Shown piece after piece: positions 46,873 to 46,875 of a stretch of DNA of 46,875 bases. Numbering within the stretch: position 1 is the stretch's first letter; every line of letters starts with the position of its first letter. Source of the stretch: a virus. Taxonomy: Duplodnaviria > Caudoviricetes. The DNA lies in the IMG/VR virus record IMGVR_UViG_3300023214_000244, positions 1 through 46,875 of that record. One strand, given 5' to 3'. The notes beneath the pieces were generated by a model. The model made no database searches, had not been told where the DNA came from, and saw only the letters and a list, made by a program, of their open reading frames with translations. A program made the position numbers and the translations under genes.

Positions 46873-46875
46873 CTG

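Noticed and set aside
46770-46875. Biological terminal repeat of the virion DNA
   Set aside because: Falls inside a duplicated leader, so more likely an assembler break/overlap

Overview
The window looks like an essentially complete ~46.8 kb GC-rich temperate phage genome of podovirus-like layout. Bases 1-106 are identical to 46770-46875, so it appears circularly assembled. Modules in order: small rightward accessory genes; terminase; a fibre/lysis insert; portal, scaffold and capsid; adaptor, nozzle, fibre and ejection proteins; attP and tyrosine integrase; a CI/Cro/Xis switch; a recombination module (PD-(D/E)XK exonuclease, Sak4-like ATPase, SSB, RuvC-like resolvase); a leftward array of small genes separated by repeated structured elements; and a non-coding strand-switch region. 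The most notable element spans the contig junction. A ~400-aa TnpB/Cas12-like protein with a degenerate, C-terminally truncated RuvC (45527-46729) is followed by a structured 148-nt leader and a CRISPR array split into two leader+array units (11 repeats). There is no cas1/cas2, and several spacers look like promoter or RBS sequences. This suggests a miniature phage-encoded, nuclease-dead, RNA-guided transcriptional repressor. A second candidate system is a ~65-nt sRNA (35760-35825, minus) complementary to a motif plus SD shared by many leftward genes. All protein calls come from motifs and synteny read by eye; no database searches were run.
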